This document shows positions 1 through 9,938 of a stretch of DNA of 64,000 nucleotides, one piece after another; position 1 is the stretch's first letter; every line of letters starts with the position of its first letter. The stretch is from Clostridium sp. (GTDB taxonomy: Bacteria > Bacillota > Clostridia > Clostridiales > Clostridiaceae): the NCBI RefSeq assembly GCF_022773025.1, contig NZ_JALEZF010000064.1, one strand, 5' to 3'. Under the pieces are notes generated by a model. That model had not been told where the DNA came from, made no database searches, and saw only the letters and a program-made list of their open reading frames with translations. The translations under genes and the position numbers were made by a program.

Positions 1-1
1 A

Positions 2-502
2 ACTATTTCTGCATTATATAGTGAGGACATAAAAACAATAACTATGTGGCAGATGGGGTCTTTCTCTATGAAGGGCTGGTCATATCTTGCAATGGGAGTG
101 CCATTTTTTATAGTGGGCATATTAATAGTTTTAAGATATTGTAGAGAGATGGATGTTTTAAGTTTTGGAGAGGAGCAGGCAAAGTCTGTAGGAGTAGAAA
201 CCAAATCAGTAAAGAAAATATTATTTATGGCTATAGCACTTCTCACAGGTACTTCTGTGGCTTTGAGTGGAACAATAGGATTTATAGATCTTATAATACC
301 TCATTTAGTGAGAAAAATTTTTGGACCAAGGCATAAGGTTGTTATACCTATGTGCATAATATTTGGAGGAACCTTAATGGTTATAACAGATATGGTAGCT
401 AGAACTATAGCAGCACCATCAGAACTGCCAATAGGAGCAATAACAGCAATTATAGGAGCTCCGTTCTTTGCATACTTATATTTTAACAGGAGAAGTAGGT
501 GA
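2..502 (+). CDS. FecCD/BtuC-family ABC transporter permease (iron-siderophore or cobalamin type), 5' end outside the window
   Basis: The frame is open from base 2. The hydrophobic TM-rich C-terminus (…GAITAIIGAPFFAYLY…) is typical of FecCD permeases. The cognate ATPase gene starts 4 nt downstream. Confidence 0.8.
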   Translation, partial: TISALYSEDIKTITMWQMGSFSMKGWSYLAMGVPFFIVGILIVLRYCREMDVLSFGEEQAKSVGVETKSVKKILFMAIALLTGTSVALSGTIGFIDLIIPHLVRKIFGPRHKVVIPMCIIFGGTLMVITDMVARTIAAPSELPIGAITAIIGAPFFAYLYFNRRSR

Positions 503-506
503 TTAG

Positions 507-1262
507 GTGCTTGAGATAAACAATTTATATTGCGGATATGATGGAATTGATGTTGTTAAGGGAGTCTCCTTTAAAGTAGAACCTGGTCAAAACTTATCCA
601 TAGTAGGACCTAATGGCTGCGGAAAGACGACTTTGTTAAGAGCAATTGCAAATCTTATTGAGTATAAAGGTGAGATAAAAATAGATGGGGAAGAAGTAAA
701 TCATATAAAGAGAAGAGAATTAGCTAAAAAGGTAGCGCTTATGACTCAGACTTCAGAAATTTACTTTCCATATACAGTTTTTGAAACTGTGGCTTTAGGA
801 AGATATGCTCATCTTCAAGGAGCGTTTTCAACACTTTCCAAAGAAGATGAAGAGAAGGTTTTAAGTTGTCTTAATACCGTTGGTCTTTTAGACTCTAAAG
901 ACAGGATAATAAATGAATTGTCAGGGGGACAGCTTCAAAGAGTTTATCTTGCAAGAGCCTTTGCTCAAGATCCAGATATACTTTTATTGGATGAGCCAAC
1001 CAATCACTTAGATTTAAAGTGTCAGATAGAGATTTTAGTCTACGTAAACAAATGGATAAAGGAAAATAATAAGACTGTCATAGGAGTTCTTCATGATTTG
1101 AATTTGGTACAGATGTTTAGCGAAAGCATATTGATGCTCAAGGATGGGAAGATAGTTTCTCTTGGAGATGCAAAAGATGTTTTAGAAAAAGAAAAGTTAA
1201 AATCTGTGTACGGAATAGACATAAAGAATTTTATGCTTGAAGCACTAGGAAAATGGAAGTAG
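507..1262 (+). CDS. ABC transporter ATP-binding protein (FecE/BtuD-like)
   Basis: GTG start after AGGTGA. Walker A GPNGCGKTT, signature LSGGQLQR, Walker B LLLDEPTNHLD. Confidence 0.9.
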   Translation: MLEINNLYCGYDGIDVVKGVSFKVEPGQNLSIVGPNGCGKTTLLRAIANLIEYKGEIKIDGEEVNHIKRRELAKKVALMTQTSEIYFPYTVFETVALGRYAHLQGAFSTLSKEDEEKVLSCLNTVGLLDSKDRIINELSGGQLQRVYLARAFAQDPDILLLDEPTNHLDLKCQIEILVYVNKWIKENNKTVIGVLHDLNLVQMFSESILMLKDGKIVSLGDAKDVLEKEKLKSVYGIDIKNFMLEALGKWK

Positions 1263-1273
1263 GGTGATTAACC

Positions 1274-1921
1274 ATGGGTAAAAAATTTATAATGTCATAC
1301 AGTTGTGGAAAGGATAGTACCCTTGCACTTTATCGAATGATAAAGGAAGGAAATATTCCGGTAGGGCTTTTAGTAACTATAGACAAAGATAGGGGTCAGA
1401 GTTGGTTTCATGGAGTACCAAGACATATTCTTCAACAGGTATCAAAATCATTAAATATTCCTCTTGTACCTGTTGAATGTGAAGGAGACCAATATGAAAC
1501 TATTTTTGAGGAAGTACTAAAAAATCAAAAAGCTTTAGGTGCCACAGCTTGTGTATTTGGAGATATTGATATAGAGCACCATAGAACTTGGTGTACAGAT
1601 AGATGCGTGGCAGCAGAAATGGAAGCTATATTTCCGTTATGGCAGGAAGACAGAGAAAAATTAACCTATGAATTCATAGATAGTGGCTTCAAGACAGTTC
1701 TTAAAAATGTAAAGCTAGAATTTCTAGGTGAAGAATTTCTCGGAAAAATTCTAACAAGAGAACTTGTAAAGAAAATAAAAGAAACTGGCGCAGACCCATG
1801 TGGGGAAAATGGAGAGTACCACACATTTGTATTTGATGGTCCTATTTATAATGAACCAGTAGCTTTTGAAATTCAGCAAAACACTCTAACAGATAGCCAT
1901 GGATATTTAAACATAAAATAG
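1274..1921 (+). CDS. Dph6-related PP-loop ATP pyrophosphatase (DUF71/MJ0570 family)
   Basis: N-terminal PP-loop SYSCGKDS and C-terminal GENGEYHTFV motif typical of the diphthine-ammonia-ligase-like family. Lies between the ABC uptake genes and cobQ. Confidence 0.65.
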   Translation: MGKKFIMSYSCGKDSTLALYRMIKEGNIPVGLLVTIDKDRGQSWFHGVPRHILQQVSKSLNIPLVPVECEGDQYETIFEEVLKNQKALGATACVFGDIDIEHHRTWCTDRCVAAEMEAIFPLWQEDREKLTYEFIDSGFKTVLKNVKLEFLGEEFLGKILTRELVKKIKETGADPCGENGEYHTFVFDGPIYNEPVAFEIQQNTLTDSHGYLNIK

Positions 1922-1932
1922 GAGGGAAATAT

Positions 1933-3399
1933 ATGGATACTAAAAAGATAATGTTCCTTGGAACTGCCTCATCAGTAGGAAAGAGCACAGTTGCAACAGC
2001 CTTTTGTAGATATTTTAAAAGAAATGGCTATAAGGTAGCACCATTCAAGGCTCTAAACATATCACTAAATTCTTTTGTTACTAATGATGGTGATGAAATC
2101 GGAAGAGCTCAGGTTGTACAAGCTGAAGCCTGCGAAATAGAACCTAAGGAATATATGAATCCAATTCTCATGAAACCTAGTGCAGGCTATAAAACTCAAG
2201 TTATAGTTAGAGGGAAAGTACACTGTACTATGGATTCCTACAAGTACAAAGAACTGAATCCATATTTGAAAACTGTAGCAAAAGAAGCTTTCTGTGATAT
2301 ATCAAAGGACTATGATGTAATAGTCTTAGAAGGCTCTGGAAGTTGCGCCGAAATAAATTTAAAAGACACAGACATAGCAAATATGAAGATGGCAGAAATG
2401 GCAGAGGCACCTGTTATATTAGTAGCAGATATAAGCAAGGGGGGAGTATTTGCCTCTATAGTTGGTACTGTGATGCTTCTAGATGAAAAAGAAAGAAGCA
2501 GGATAAAGGGAGTAATAATAAATAAATTCAGAGGTAGAAAAGAATTATTTGAAAGTGCCATGAAGCAAATAGAAGATATAATACATATACCAGTTTTAGG
2601 AGTAATGCCTCATATTGAACTTGATATAGAAGAAGAAGATGGCGCCACTGAAAATATAAGAAATATAAAAGGACAAGGTGTAGATGTGGCTGTAATAAGG
2701 CTTCCACATATGTCGAACTTTACTGATTTCACTTCATTAGGAAAGATAAAAGATGTCAATGTGAGATATGTAGAGGATCCAAAGGATTTAAATGGAGCTC
2801 ATATGATAATAATCCCTGGAAGTAAAAACACCATTGATGATTTAAACTTCATAAAGAACGGTGGCTTTGAAAAAGCTTTAATTAAGGCAAAAGAAAAAGG
2901 TACATTAATCTTGGGTGTATGTGGCGGTTATCAAATTCTCGGAAAGAAGATAAGTGACCTAGAAGGAGTAGAGGGAGAATCAAGAATAGAAGAAGGACTT
3001 GGATTCTTAGATATGGAAACCACTTTCAATAAGATAAAAAATACTAGACAAATTAAAGGTATGGATTGTGATGGAAATGAAATAACAGGATATGAAATAC
3101 ATAATGGAGACAGTATTCCATTGTCAAAGCAAAATATATGGATAAAAGACAATAATGGAAAGGTTCTTGGAATGAAAAGCTCTGACGGAAAAGTACTTGG
3201 AACCTACATACATGGGCTTTTTGATGAAGGAGACTTTGCACTAAAGCTTATAAACCATCTAAAAGAAGATCTTAATCTAGATATAGAGGAAGAGATGAAA
3301 TACAAAGACTACAAGATGATGCAGTATGATAAGCTATGTGATGTTCTTGAAGAAAATATAAATATGGATCTTGTAAAGGAAATATTAGGAGAAAATTAA
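1933..3399 (+). CDS. cobQ: Cobyric acid synthase
   Basis: 488 aa. N-terminal P-loop GTASSVGKST (CobB/CobQ-like) and C-terminal GATase-1 domain with GVCGGYQILG and YIHG. Confidence 0.9.
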   Translation: MDTKKIMFLGTASSVGKSTVATAFCRYFKRNGYKVAPFKALNISLNSFVTNDGDEIGRAQVVQAEACEIEPKEYMNPILMKPSAGYKTQVIVRGKVHCTMDSYKYKELNPYLKTVAKEAFCDISKDYDVIVLEGSGSCAEINLKDTDIANMKMAEMAEAPVILVADISKGGVFASIVGTVMLLDEKERSRIKGVIINKFRGRKELFESAMKQIEDIIHIPVLGVMPHIELDIEEEDGATENIRNIKGQGVDVAVIRLPHMSNFTDFTSLGKIKDVNVRYVEDPKDLNGAHMIIIPGSKNTIDDLNFIKNGGFEKALIKAKEKGTLILGVCGGYQILGKKISDLEGVEGESRIEEGLGFLDMETTFNKIKNTRQIKGMDCDGNEITGYEIHNGDSIPLSKQNIWIKDNNGKVLGMKSSDGKVLGTYIHGLFDEGDFALKLINHLKEDLNLDIEEEMKYKDYKMMQYDKLCDVLEENINMDLVKEILGEN

Positions 3400-3468
3400 T
3401 AAGTATCATAATAAAAAACATGATATATTATAAGTAAATATAAATAAAAAATAAAAGAGGGGATATCT

Positions 3469-5499
3469 ATGAGAAAAAGCAAAGGTTTATACATAGGTAT
3501 AGCAGTAGTTTTGGTTGTGGCTATAGCAGTGGGAGCGTTCTTTTTCATGAAGAAAAAATCTTCCAAAAAGCCTGAAGACACTTTAAACGCTTATGTAGAA
3601 TTATTAAATTCAAAAGACTATGAAGCTATGTATGATTTAATTAGCAGTGATAGTAAGGACAATATTTCAAAAGATGATTTTGTAACAAGAAATAAAAATA
3701 TATATGAGGGAATAGAAGCACAAAACATAGAAGTGAAAGTGAGCGAAACTTCAAAAGATGGAGATGAGGCAACCATCACTTACACTACAGACATGAATAC
3801 AGTAGCAGGTGATATAAGCTTTCAAAATAGCATAAAAACTATAAAAGATAAGGATTCAAAAGAATATAAATTAGCCTGGAACTCTCAAGCTATATTTCCA
3901 GAGCTAGGAGATAGCGATAAAGTTAGAATTAGTACAAAGAAATCTACAAGAGGAAGCATACTAGATAGGAACAAAAGTGCATTAGCTAAGGATGGAGTTG
4001 CAGCAGAAGTTGGAATAGTTCCAGGTAAGCTGACTAACAAAGAAGAGTCAATAAAGACAATAGCAGAAATCTTAGAAATATCAACAGATGTTATAAATAA
4101 TAAGCTTGGGGCATCTTACGTAAAGGACGATATGTTTGTACCTATAAAAGTTATATCAGCAAATGATAGCAGAGTAACACAGCTTCTAAGCATATCAGGA
4201 ATCATGGTTAATGATAAACAAAGCAGAATTTACCCATTAGGGTCAATGGCTGCACACCTTACTGGATATGTTCAGAGTATAAATGCTGAAGAATTAGAAG
4301 CACGCAAGGGACAAAACTACAATCAAAATTCAGTTTTAGGAAAAGCAGGACTTGAAAAGTTATATGAAGAAAAGCTTAGAGGAATAGACGGTGCAGAAAT
4401 ATTTATCACTGACAAGTTAGGAAATAAGAAAGCTACTATAGCAACAAGAGAAGTTAAAAATGGTAGCGATGTGACAGTTACCATAGATAATTCTATGCAG
4501 GCACTTTTATATGGTCAATTAGAGAAGGACAAGGGGGCATCAGTTGCTATGAATCCTAATACAGGAGAAGTTTTAGCACTTGTAAGCACTCCATCCTATG
4601 ACCCTAATGATTTTGTTATGGGAATGTCTCAAGAAAAATGGGATTCATTAAATTCAGATCCAAATAAACCTCTATACAATAGATTCCAAAGCAATGCAGT
4701 TCCAGGTTCTTCATTTAAGCCTATAACTGCAGCAATAGGATTAGATACTAAAACTCTAGATCCAAATGCTACTAAAGCTATCTCAGGGCTTAAATGGCAA
4801 AAGGATAGCAGTTGGGGAGATTATTTTGTAACAAGAGTTTCTGATTATGGAAGCGATACAAATTTATTAAATGCTATGGTATATTCAGATAATATATACT
4901 TTGCTCAAACAGCTTTGGATATAGGAAAAGATAAATTTGCAGAAGAATTAAAGAAGCTTGGTTTTGATGAGGATATGCCTTTTGAATATGGAGTGTCCAC
5001 TTCAAAATTTGCATCAGATGGAACTATAAAGACAGATGTTCAGCTTGCCGATAGCGGATATGGACAAGGAGAAATTCTTATAAATCCACTACACTTATCA
5101 TCTATCTATACCATGTTTGTAAATGGTGGTAATATACTAAATCCATATCTTGAGTACAAAGCTTCTCCGGAAGCAAAGGTGTGGAAGGAAAACGCTGTTT
5201 CAAAAGAATCAGCAGATATAGTTTTAAATGCAATGATTCAGGTTGTTGAGAATCCAAAGGGTACAGGACATGAGGCCTATATAGATGGATTAAAAATAGC
5301 AGCCAAAACAGGAACAGCAGAAATAAAGGCAAGTCAAAGCGATACAACAGGCACAGAGCTTGGATGGTTCATAGCTATGACTACAAATAAGGGAAATAAA
5401 AATCTTTTAGTAGCAGTAATGGCAGAAGACGTTAAAGACAGAGGCGGCAGCCATTATGTAATACCAATGGTTAAAAAGGCTTTACAAACAGTGAAATAA
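3469..5499 (+). CDS. Class B penicillin-binding protein with MecA_N-like (NTF2) N-terminal domain and transpeptidase domain
   Basis: N-terminal membrane anchor. SxxK (SSFK), SxN (YSDN) and KTG (KTGT) transpeptidase motifs occur in the correct order. 676 aa, as in PBP2a/PBP3-type proteins. Confidence 0.85.
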   Translation: MRKSKGLYIGIAVVLVVAIAVGAFFFMKKKSSKKPEDTLNAYVELLNSKDYEAMYDLISSDSKDNISKDDFVTRNKNIYEGIEAQNIEVKVSETSKDGDEATITYTTDMNTVAGDISFQNSIKTIKDKDSKEYKLAWNSQAIFPELGDSDKVRISTKKSTRGSILDRNKSALAKDGVAAEVGIVPGKLTNKEESIKTIAEILEISTDVINNKLGASYVKDDMFVPIKVISANDSRVTQLLSISGIMVNDKQSRIYPLGSMAAHLTGYVQSINAEELEARKGQNYNQNSVLGKAGLEKLYEEKLRGIDGAEIFITDKLGNKKATIATREVKNGSDVTVTIDNSMQALLYGQLEKDKGASVAMNPNTGEVLALVSTPSYDPNDFVMGMSQEKWDSLNSDPNKPLYNRFQSNAVPGSSFKPITAAIGLDTKTLDPNATKAISGLKWQKDSSWGDYFVTRVSDYGSDTNLLNAMVYSDNIYFAQTALDIGKDKFAEELKKLGFDEDMPFEYGVSTSKFASDGTIKTDVQLADSGYGQGEILINPLHLSSIYTMFVNGGNILNPYLEYKASPEAKVWKENAVSKESADIVLNAMIQVVENPKGTGHEAYIDGLKIAAKTGTAEIKASQSDTTGTELGWFIAMTTNKGNKNLLVAVMAEDVKDRGGSHYVIPMVKKALQTVK

Positions 5500-5659
5500 T
5501 AGATATTAGAAGCAGATGGCAAGGATTAAAAAATTTAGTTCTGCTGTCTGCTCATTTTTATGCTAATTAATAAATCATTGCTAAAATAAATAATAAATAA
5601 AACTTAAGTAAAAACTAAATTATATTTTGGAGTGATAAAAAATTTATGGAGAAAGAGAA

Positions 5660-5962
5660 ATGGCAAAGAAAACTAGTGCAAACAATGATATGTTAAAAGA
5701 TGCAAAGAAGAAATCCTCAGCAAAAATATATTCTATGATATTGCATTTAGTCAATGAAGGAAGGCAGGATTTAGCTGAACTAGTTATGAAGGTGGACTAT
5801 TTATTGCAGTATACAAGTGCCTGTATAAAGGATAAGGACTATGATGAGGCGAGAGAAACTATGACAAAGGTTGAGATTAGATTACAAACTTTAAAGGATG
5901 AAGGTGTAGATATTGAGCATCTAGAGTATTTACATGACGGTATTAAGGATAAAATAAAATAA
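5660..5962 (+). CDS. Hypothetical small helical protein (100 aa)
   Basis: ORF preceded by a GGAGAAAGAG RBS. I recognise no family. No terminator lies between it and the downstream ORF-free region. Confidence 0.45.
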   Translation: MAKKTSANNDMLKDAKKKSSAKIYSMILHLVNEGRQDLAELVMKVDYLLQYTSACIKDKDYDEARETMTKVEIRLQTLKDEGVDIEHLEYLHDGIKDKIK

Positions 5963-6024
5963 ATGTCTAAATGTTTGTATGGAAAAATATTGAAAATAAT
6001 TATGCGGTGAGTTAGAATGAAGGC

Positions 6025-6666
6025 AATGAAAGTTCATGAAGCGCTTTATTTAATATATATAAAAATCATTACTTCAATAGGTAAAAGGCTTAAAGCTCAA
6101 ATTTAATCCTAGGAATGACTACAATTAAGATAGTAGGTGAGAGAGAAACAATAAAATCTTGTGAAGTGGTAGAAAAAATAATTTTGGATAAGGTATGCTA
6201 AAATTAGCATGCTGCAAATAGACCAGAGTTCATAAGGAGTTTTATTGAAACTATTATGTTTTGTCAGGGAAATATACCTATAGAGAGATGTTATTTTAAA
6301 CAAAGGTATATGAGAATCAGTTTTGGTTTTAATGTGAAGCTCTAGGTATTTTAGAATGGACTATAAAAAATTTTATAGCTAAGTGTATTGCCGTTAGGTA
6401 ATGAGAGCACCACATATGAAGGCTGAAGTCAATGACACGTGAAGGCATGACCATGGCTTATAGTCGTGGCTGCCTCAGCATTATTGCGTAAAAAGTCATA
6501 TAAGATTCAGATAAACTAAGGCTTAAATATCTTTGTAAAATCAACTGCAGCACCGTGAAGCTTTGGGCAGTTGATAAAGAAATCATAGGGAAGTGAGAGC
6601 CTATAGAAAATATTCTGTACAACAAATAAAAGCCTCTAAATTTGTTTAGGGGCTTTTATTTGTTGT
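6025..6666 (+). ncRNA. Candidate large structured non-coding RNA of unknown class (the boundaries are inferred)
   Basis: Sigma-A-like promoter TTGAAA-17-TAGAAT at 5990-6018. About 640 nt with no credible ORF. A local GC-rich island at 6395-6480 sits in an AT-rich genome. The hexamer GTGAAG occurs 4 times. Two similar hairpins present AC(C)GUGAA loops (6428-6451 and 6541-6574). The region ends in a 22-bp hairpin. Confidence 0.35.
6619..6666. terminator. Long perfect hairpin; bidirectional intrinsic terminator
   Basis: ACAACAAATAAAAGCCTCTAAA-TTTG-TTTAGGGGCTTTTATTTGTTGT gives 22 bp with one G-U pair. The GC core is flanked by complementary A and T tracts. Confidence 0.75.
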
Positions 6667-6791
6667 TTGAGAATTCATCTGCTCTTCTTGAATTTGAAGG
6701 GAAATATATTTAATTCTTAAAGAATATGAATAAATCTTTGAGATATATGCACCCTATTTTAGAAGGTTAAAATGGAGGTGCATATTTTATT

Positions 6792-7514
6792 ATGAAAAAA
6801 ACTATGATAAGGATTTATGCTTTTATTCTTGCAATAACTATAATTGCTGGACTTTTAGCTGGAATAACTAATGTGAGGATAGCAAAGGCATCAGAAAATC
6901 AAAAGGTAGCATATCTGACCTTTGATGATGGTCCAAGTAAAAATACTGGAAAGGTACTTGATATACTAAAAAGTGAAGGTATTCACGCTACATTTTTTGT
7001 GATAAAACCAATATATGATGAAGATGTGAAATTTATGAAGAGAGCTTTTGATGAGGGGAATGCCATAGGAAATCATACCTATGAACATGACTTCGATAAG
7101 GTTTATGCTTCAGAAAAAGTTTTCTGGAGTAATTTCAATAAGGAGCAGGAATTGATAGAATCTATAACAGGAAGACCTAGCTGCCTTTTTAGATTTCCAG
7201 GAGGATCAAAAAATAGTGTGGTCACCAAAAGAAATGGTAAACAGTTTAATATAAAGCTTGGCAAGGAATTAGAGGAGAAAGGTATACATTATTTTAATTG
7301 GGATGTAGACTCTGGAGATGGAATGACAGACCATGCTTCATCAGCATCTATCTATAACAATGTGATGAAGCAGATAAAAGGCAGGGATAAAGCTATAATT
7401 TTGATGCATGACTCTAAAGAAAAGAAAACCACAATAGAAGCCCTCCCAAGAATAATAAAATCTTTAAAAGAGCAGGGCTACACCTTTGACACTTTAGAAA
7501 ATTATAATAAGTAG
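6792..7514 (+). CDS. Polysaccharide deacetylase (NodB homology domain), membrane-anchored or secreted
   Basis: N-terminal hydrophobic anchor. NodB motifs LTFDDGPS and HTYEH. C-terminal ILMHD. Confidence 0.85.
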   Translation: MKKTMIRIYAFILAITIIAGLLAGITNVRIAKASENQKVAYLTFDDGPSKNTGKVLDILKSEGIHATFFVIKPIYDEDVKFMKRAFDEGNAIGNHTYEHDFDKVYASEKVFWSNFNKEQELIESITGRPSCLFRFPGGSKNSVVTKRNGKQFNIKLGKELEEKGIHYFNWDVDSGDGMTDHASSASIYNNVMKQIKGRDKAIILMHDSKEKKTTIEALPRIIKSLKEQGYTFDTLENYNK

Positions 7515-7599
7515 ATTACTATTCAAATTTATGGAAAATGGTATAATATAATTATAGCTTAAAATAATATTCTAAGGTTAGGATAAGGAGGGTATATAA

Positions 7600-8685
7600 A
7601 TGTTTTTAATGCCTAAGTTTAGAGAACCAGACTTCGAGAGATCAGACCTAAAGAAAGCTCCAAATGTAAAATTTGAAGAAGTAAAGGTGAAGGGGATTGC
7701 TCCAGATAATTATCATGGAACGTCTATGTATCCAGAGTACTACAAAATAAATGGTTCATGGACTTTAATAAAAGAAAGCAGAATGGACTGCGTTCCTGTG
7801 ATACTTGAAAATGGAGAGGTTGAAGCAAAGGAATTTAGACGATTAGAACCTTATGACAAGGTAATAGTAGGGCGTACAGAAGATGGAAGTGAGGGGATAT
7901 ATCTTCATGCTTCAGGATTTTATGACGAGGATAGTACAAATGATGTCTTTGGATTTAGAACAGGAAGATCCAGAGAAACTCCTTACGCAAAGGATTATAA
8001 AAAGCTATGTGATTTACTAAAATATGAAAAAGATAATGGTTATATAGTGTGGGTTCTAGGTCCAGCAGCAGTATTTGATGATAAATCAAGAGAAGCTATG
8101 TCAGAAATCATAGACAAAGGATATGCTCATGCTGTATTTGGAGGCAATGCAGTTGCTACCCACGATTTAGAAGGAGCATTATTCCACACCGCTTTAGGTC
8201 AGGATATATCATCGCTAGAAAATAAAAAGAATGGACATTATCATCATTTAGACACCATAAATTTAGTTAATAGGGCAGGCGGAATAGAGGAGGCCATAAG
8301 AGAATATGAAATAGATAACGGAGTTATATATTCATGCGTTAAAAATAATATTCCTTATGTTCTTACAGGATCAATAAGGGATGATGGACCGCTACTTCCT
8401 GTAAAATCCAACATGGCAGAAGCTCAAGATGCAATGAGGTATCATACAAGAAAGGCTACTACAGTTATATGCCTTGCAACACAGCTTCATACCATAGCTA
8501 CAGGTAATGTTACACCTTCCTATACAGTGGTAAATGGTGAGGTAAGACCTGTATTTATATATGCAGTTGATATTTCTGAGTTTGTATTAAATAAGCTCAG
8601 AGATAGAGGGACTTTAGAGGTAACAACTATAGTTTCAAATATTCACGATTTTTTATTTAAAGTTAAGACATTATTAAATCAATAA
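7600..8685 (+). CDS. TIGR00300 / LOR-SDH-domain family protein (possible archaeal-type ornithine cyclodeaminase-like enzyme)
   Basis: 361 aa with FGGNAVATHD and GSIRDDGPLLPV segments, which I associate with this family. The assignment is from memory only. Confidence 0.45.
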   Translation: MFLMPKFREPDFERSDLKKAPNVKFEEVKVKGIAPDNYHGTSMYPEYYKINGSWTLIKESRMDCVPVILENGEVEAKEFRRLEPYDKVIVGRTEDGSEGIYLHASGFYDEDSTNDVFGFRTGRSRETPYAKDYKKLCDLLKYEKDNGYIVWVLGPAAVFDDKSREAMSEIIDKGYAHAVFGGNAVATHDLEGALFHTALGQDISSLENKKNGHYHHLDTINLVNRAGGIEEAIREYEIDNGVIYSCVKNNIPYVLTGSIRDDGPLLPVKSNMAEAQDAMRYHTRKATTVICLATQLHTIATGNVTPSYTVVNGEVRPVFIYAVDISEFVLNKLRDRGTLEVTTIVSNIHDFLFKVKTLLNQ

Positions 8686-8703
8686 TACAAGGGGGACTAA
8701 AAA

Positions 8704-9870
8704 ATGAGAAATTTCCATTACTCAATACCAACGGAAATATACTTTGGAAAAGGACAAATATCAAAACTGTCAGAGGCAGTAAAAAAATACGGTAACAAAG
8801 TATTGATGGTTTATGGCGGTGGAAGTATAAAGAAGATGGGATTATACGATAAGGTTTTAGCTCTTCTAAAGGATGCTGACATAGAAGTAGTGGAACTTGG
8901 AGGAGTAGATCCAAATCCAAGAGTTACTTCTGTAGAGGAAGGTGCTAAGCTTTGTAGAGAAAATAATATAGAGGTTATTTTAGCTGTAGGTGGAGGAAGT
9001 ACCATAGACTGTGCAAAGGCTATAGGAGCAGCTTGTTACTACGATGGAGAACCATGGGATATAGTGGCTAATACTTCAAAGATAACAAAGGTTTTACCTG
9101 TAATATCAGTTCTTACATTATCAGCTACTGGTTCAGAAATGGACCCATTTGCAGTTATTTCAAACATGGATACAAATGAAAAGCTTGGAATGGCAAACGA
9201 AGGAATGAGACCAAAGGCATCTATATTAGATCCGGAATACACATACTCTGTGCCAAAGAATCAGACAGCAGCGGGAACAGCAGATATAATGAGTCACATA
9301 TTTGAGGAATATTTCAGTGCTGAGAGAAATGCTTATGTACAAGATAGGATGGCAGAAGCTTTATTGAAGACTTGTATAAAGTATGGAGATATAGCTGTAA
9401 AAGACCCTAACAATTATGAGGCAAGAGCAAATCTTATGTGGGCATCAAGCCTTGCTATAAATGGAATATTAGACTGCGGAAAGAACAATGCATGGAGTGT
9501 CCATCCTATGGAGCATGAATTAAGTGCATTTTATGATATAACCCATGGTGTAGGTCTTGCAATACTTACTCCTCATTGGATGAGATATGTTTTAAATGAG
9601 GATAACGTAGACAAATTTGTAGAGTACGGAGTAAACGTATGGGATATAGATAAGAATTTAGATAGATATGATATAGCAAATAAAGCTATAGATATGACAA
9701 AGAAGTTCTTCACAGAGAACCTAGAAATCCCAGAAACTCTTAGAGAAGTTGGCATAGGAGAAGAAAAGCTTGAGCTTATGGCAAAACAGGCCACTAGGTT
9801 TGGAGCTATAGGAAGCTTTGAATTATTAGAAGCTAAAGATGTTTTAAATATATATAAGGCAGCTTTATAA
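8704..9870 (+). CDS. Iron-containing (group III) alcohol dehydrogenase, butanol-dehydrogenase/YqhD-like
   Basis: GGGS(T/V)IDxAK nucleotide-binding motif (VGGGSTIDCAKAI). Metal-binding His cluster (HxxxH region HPMEHELS, ITHGVG). 388 aa. Confidence 0.9.
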   Translation: MRNFHYSIPTEIYFGKGQISKLSEAVKKYGNKVLMVYGGGSIKKMGLYDKVLALLKDADIEVVELGGVDPNPRVTSVEEGAKLCRENNIEVILAVGGGSTIDCAKAIGAACYYDGEPWDIVANTSKITKVLPVISVLTLSATGSEMDPFAVISNMDTNEKLGMANEGMRPKASILDPEYTYSVPKNQTAAGTADIMSHIFEEYFSAERNAYVQDRMAEALLKTCIKYGDIAVKDPNNYEARANLMWASSLAINGILDCGKNNAWSVHPMEHELSAFYDITHGVGLAILTPHWMRYVLNEDNVDKFVEYGVNVWDIDKNLDRYDIANKAIDMTKKFFTENLEIPETLREVGIGEEKLELMAKQATRFGAIGSFELLEAKDVLNIYKAAL

Positions 9871-9938
9871 ACTGAATTCTTAGCTTCATCTAGATTTTTA
9901 AATTTATAAGACAAATTGAATTTAAGGAAGGGATAGGA

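Noticed and set aside
2228-3241. Several 60-83-aa minus-strand ORFs inside cobQ. Similar antisense ORFs occur inside carB, lacZ, catalase, gapN, the csp genes, the MCP, the ABC-F gene and others.
   Set aside because: They are fully embedded antisense to long, well-supported genes and give Ser/Leu/Phe/Ile-rich translations without RBSs. These are typical shadow ORFs in AT-rich DNA.
6109-6303. 64-aa minus-strand ORF in the large intergenic region
   Set aside because: The translation is low-complexity and rich in aromatic residues and Asn. There is no RBS. I consider the region more likely non-coding RNA.
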